The position numbers and the translations under genes were made by a program. Under the pieces are notes generated by a model, which was not told the origin of the DNA, ran no database searches, and saw only the letters and a list, made by a program, of their open reading frames with translations. From Halotia branconii CENA392 (lineage in GTDB: Bacteria > Cyanobacteriota > Cyanobacteriia > Cyanobacteriales > Nostocaceae), in the NCBI RefSeq assembly GCF_029953635.1, contig NZ_CP124543.1, forward strand, positions 535,455 to 599,454: 64,000 nucleotides of DNA, written 5' to 3'. This document shows, piece by piece, positions 62,592-64,000 of this stretch. How positions within the stretch are numbered: position 1 is the first letter of the stretch; every line of letters starts with the position of its first letter.

Positions 62592-62605
62592 GTAGTTTGT
62601 TTTAC
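62592..62605 (+). promoter_or_regulatory. Match to the NtcA-binding consensus GTA-N8-TAC upstream of glutamate synthase.
   Basis: GTAGTTTGTTTTAC, read directly, lies about 190 nt upstream of the gltB ATG. The nearest TAN3T (-10) candidate, TATTTT at 62637, is 31 nt away rather than the canonical ~22 nt. Confidence 0.3.
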
Positions 62606-62795
62606 ACAGCATAAACACACAAAAAAATAACGCAGCTATTTTAACACGGGTAAATCAAAAAGAAAAACCGAAGTTAAAATTTTTTTTCCCTAAATTTCGG
62701 TAACTTTATGTATTTTTTTTAAGAACGAAATTTAGTAATTTTTCCTCACAAGTACTGGCAAAATTTGTGACTCCACATTATTTCAGGGATGGGCT

Positions 62796-64000
62796 ATGAA
62801 TGATCAACCGATGAATCAATTACAAACAATGACATTTTCGGATACCTACCAAGGACAAAGATGGTTAGTAGATGAACGAGATGCCTGTGGTGTGGGTTTC
62901 ATTGCTCATCGCCAAAATCATGAGAGTCACGAAGTTTTGGTTAAAGCTTTAGCTGCTTTGACTTGCTTAGAACACCGGGGCGGTTGTAGTGCAGACCAAG
63001 ACTCTGGTGATGGTGCAGGGATCTTGACAGCTATTCCTTGGGAGTTGTTCCAACTAGATTATTCTCCAGTTAAGATCAAAGATTTATCTCCTAGCAATTT
63101 AGCTGTGGGGATGATATTTTTACCGCCAGATGCAGAATTAGCTCAAAAAGCTAGATTAGCAGTTGAGCAAATAGCCAAGCAAGAAAAATTAACTGTACTG
63201 GGCTGGCGAGTAGTACCAGTGCAGCCTAATTTACTGGGAGTCCAAGCCAAAGAAAATCAACCCCAGATAGAACAAGTTTTTTTAGCTGCTGCTGAAAAAA
63301 GTGGCGATGAACTAGAACGGCATTTGTATATTACCCGCCGCCGTATTAGTACAGCGGCAAAAGATATTTCAGAAGACTTTTATGTTTGCTCGTTGTCAAG
63401 TCGCACAATTGTCTATAAGGGCATGGTGCGTTCTGCTGTGTTGGGCAACTTTTATGAAGATTTAAAAAATCCGGCTTACAAAAGTGCGTTTGCAGTTTAT
63501 CACCGCCGCTTTAGTACCAATACCATGCCCAAATGGCCTTTAGCTCAACCGATGCGGCTTTTGGGTCACAATGGCGAAATTAACACCTTGTTGGGTAACA
63601 TCAATTGGATGATGGCGCGAGAAGCCAGTCTCAATCATCCAGTATGGGGCGATCGCATTAGCGAACTCAAGCCTTTAGTCCATATCGATAACAGCGATTC
63701 AGCCACTTTAGACAATGTGCTGGAGTTACTGGTGCGTTCTGGACGTAGCCCTTTGGAAGCTTTGATGTTTATGGTTCCAGAAGCTTACCAAAATCAGCCA
63801 TCTTTAAGTAAATATCCAGAAATTGTCGATTTTTACGAATATTACAGCGGTTTACAAGAAGCGTGGGATGGGCCAGCACTTTTAGTATTTAGCGACGGAA
63901 AAAAAGTCGGTGCATCACTAGATCGTAATGGCTTAAGACCAGCTCGTTACGCAATCACTAAAGATGATTACATCGTCGTGGCTTCAGAAGCAGGTGTAGT
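62796..64000 (+). CDS. gltB: Ferredoxin-dependent glutamate synthase large subunit, 5' part only; it runs off the window end.
   Basis: The Ntn-amidotransferase N-terminus is ..[51 protein letters not shown]. It is not in the ORF track because it has no stop codon in the window. Confidence 0.9.
   Translation, partial: MNDQPMNQLQTMTFSDTYQGQRWLVDERDACGVGFIAHRQNHESHEVLVKALAALTCLEHRGGCSADQDSGDGAGILTAIPWELFQLDYSPVKIKDLSPSNLAVGMIFLPPDAELAQKARLAVEQIAKQEKLTVLGWRVVPVQPNLLGVQAKENQPQIEQVFLAAAEKSGDELERHLYITRRRISTAAKDISEDFYVCSLSSRTIVYKGMVRSAVLGNFYEDLKNPAYKSAFAVYHRRFSTNTMPKWPLAQPMRLLGHNGEINTLLGNINWMMAREASLNHPVWGDRISELKPLVHIDNSDSATLDNVLELLVRSGRSPLEALMFMVPEAYQNQPSLSKYPEIVDFYEYYSGLQEAWDGPALLVFSDGKKVGASLDRNGLRPARYAITKDDYIVVASEAGV

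Overview
This window reads as a cyanobacterial chromosome segment, probably Nostocales. It has many GCGATCGC (HIP1) octamers, STRR-like heptamer tandem repeats, and a dispersed hairpin-forming intergenic repeat family with a CACTTCGGCTACGC..CAGTG core. The core-genome backbone is clearly recognisable. It comprises the str operon rpsL-rpsG-fusA-tuf-rpsJ (minus strand, with a consensus sigma70 promoter), ATP synthase beta and epsilon, rne-rnhB, lysS with a KTSC tail, hisF, ruvB, pheA, clpS, an IscA-type protein, a tRNA-Ala(GGC), and the 5' end of ferredoxin-type glutamate synthase. Accessory or less-characterised content is interspersed between these. The most unusual part is the first 7.6 kb. 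It holds an archaic (sigma/Csu-type) chaperone-usher pilus operon: two spore-coat-U-like pilins, a PapD-like chaperone and an usher-like gene that runs off the window start. A co-oriented 896-aa protein with four PPC domains, ELWxxDGT repeats and no signal peptide lies just upstream. Further candidates are a divergent ECF-like sigma protein paired with a secreted TPR protein, and a four-helix-bundle (DGR Avd-like) gene bracketed by inverted heptamer arrays. There is also a decayed type I R-M hsdS remnant with a 55-aa RHH ORF missing from the ORF track, next to the tRNA. Single genes of note are a PEP-CTERM surface protein, a cytochrome P450, a GT1 glycosyltransferase, an orphan HicB-like gene and an orphan histidine kinase. 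No transposase, CRISPR array or rRNA is present.
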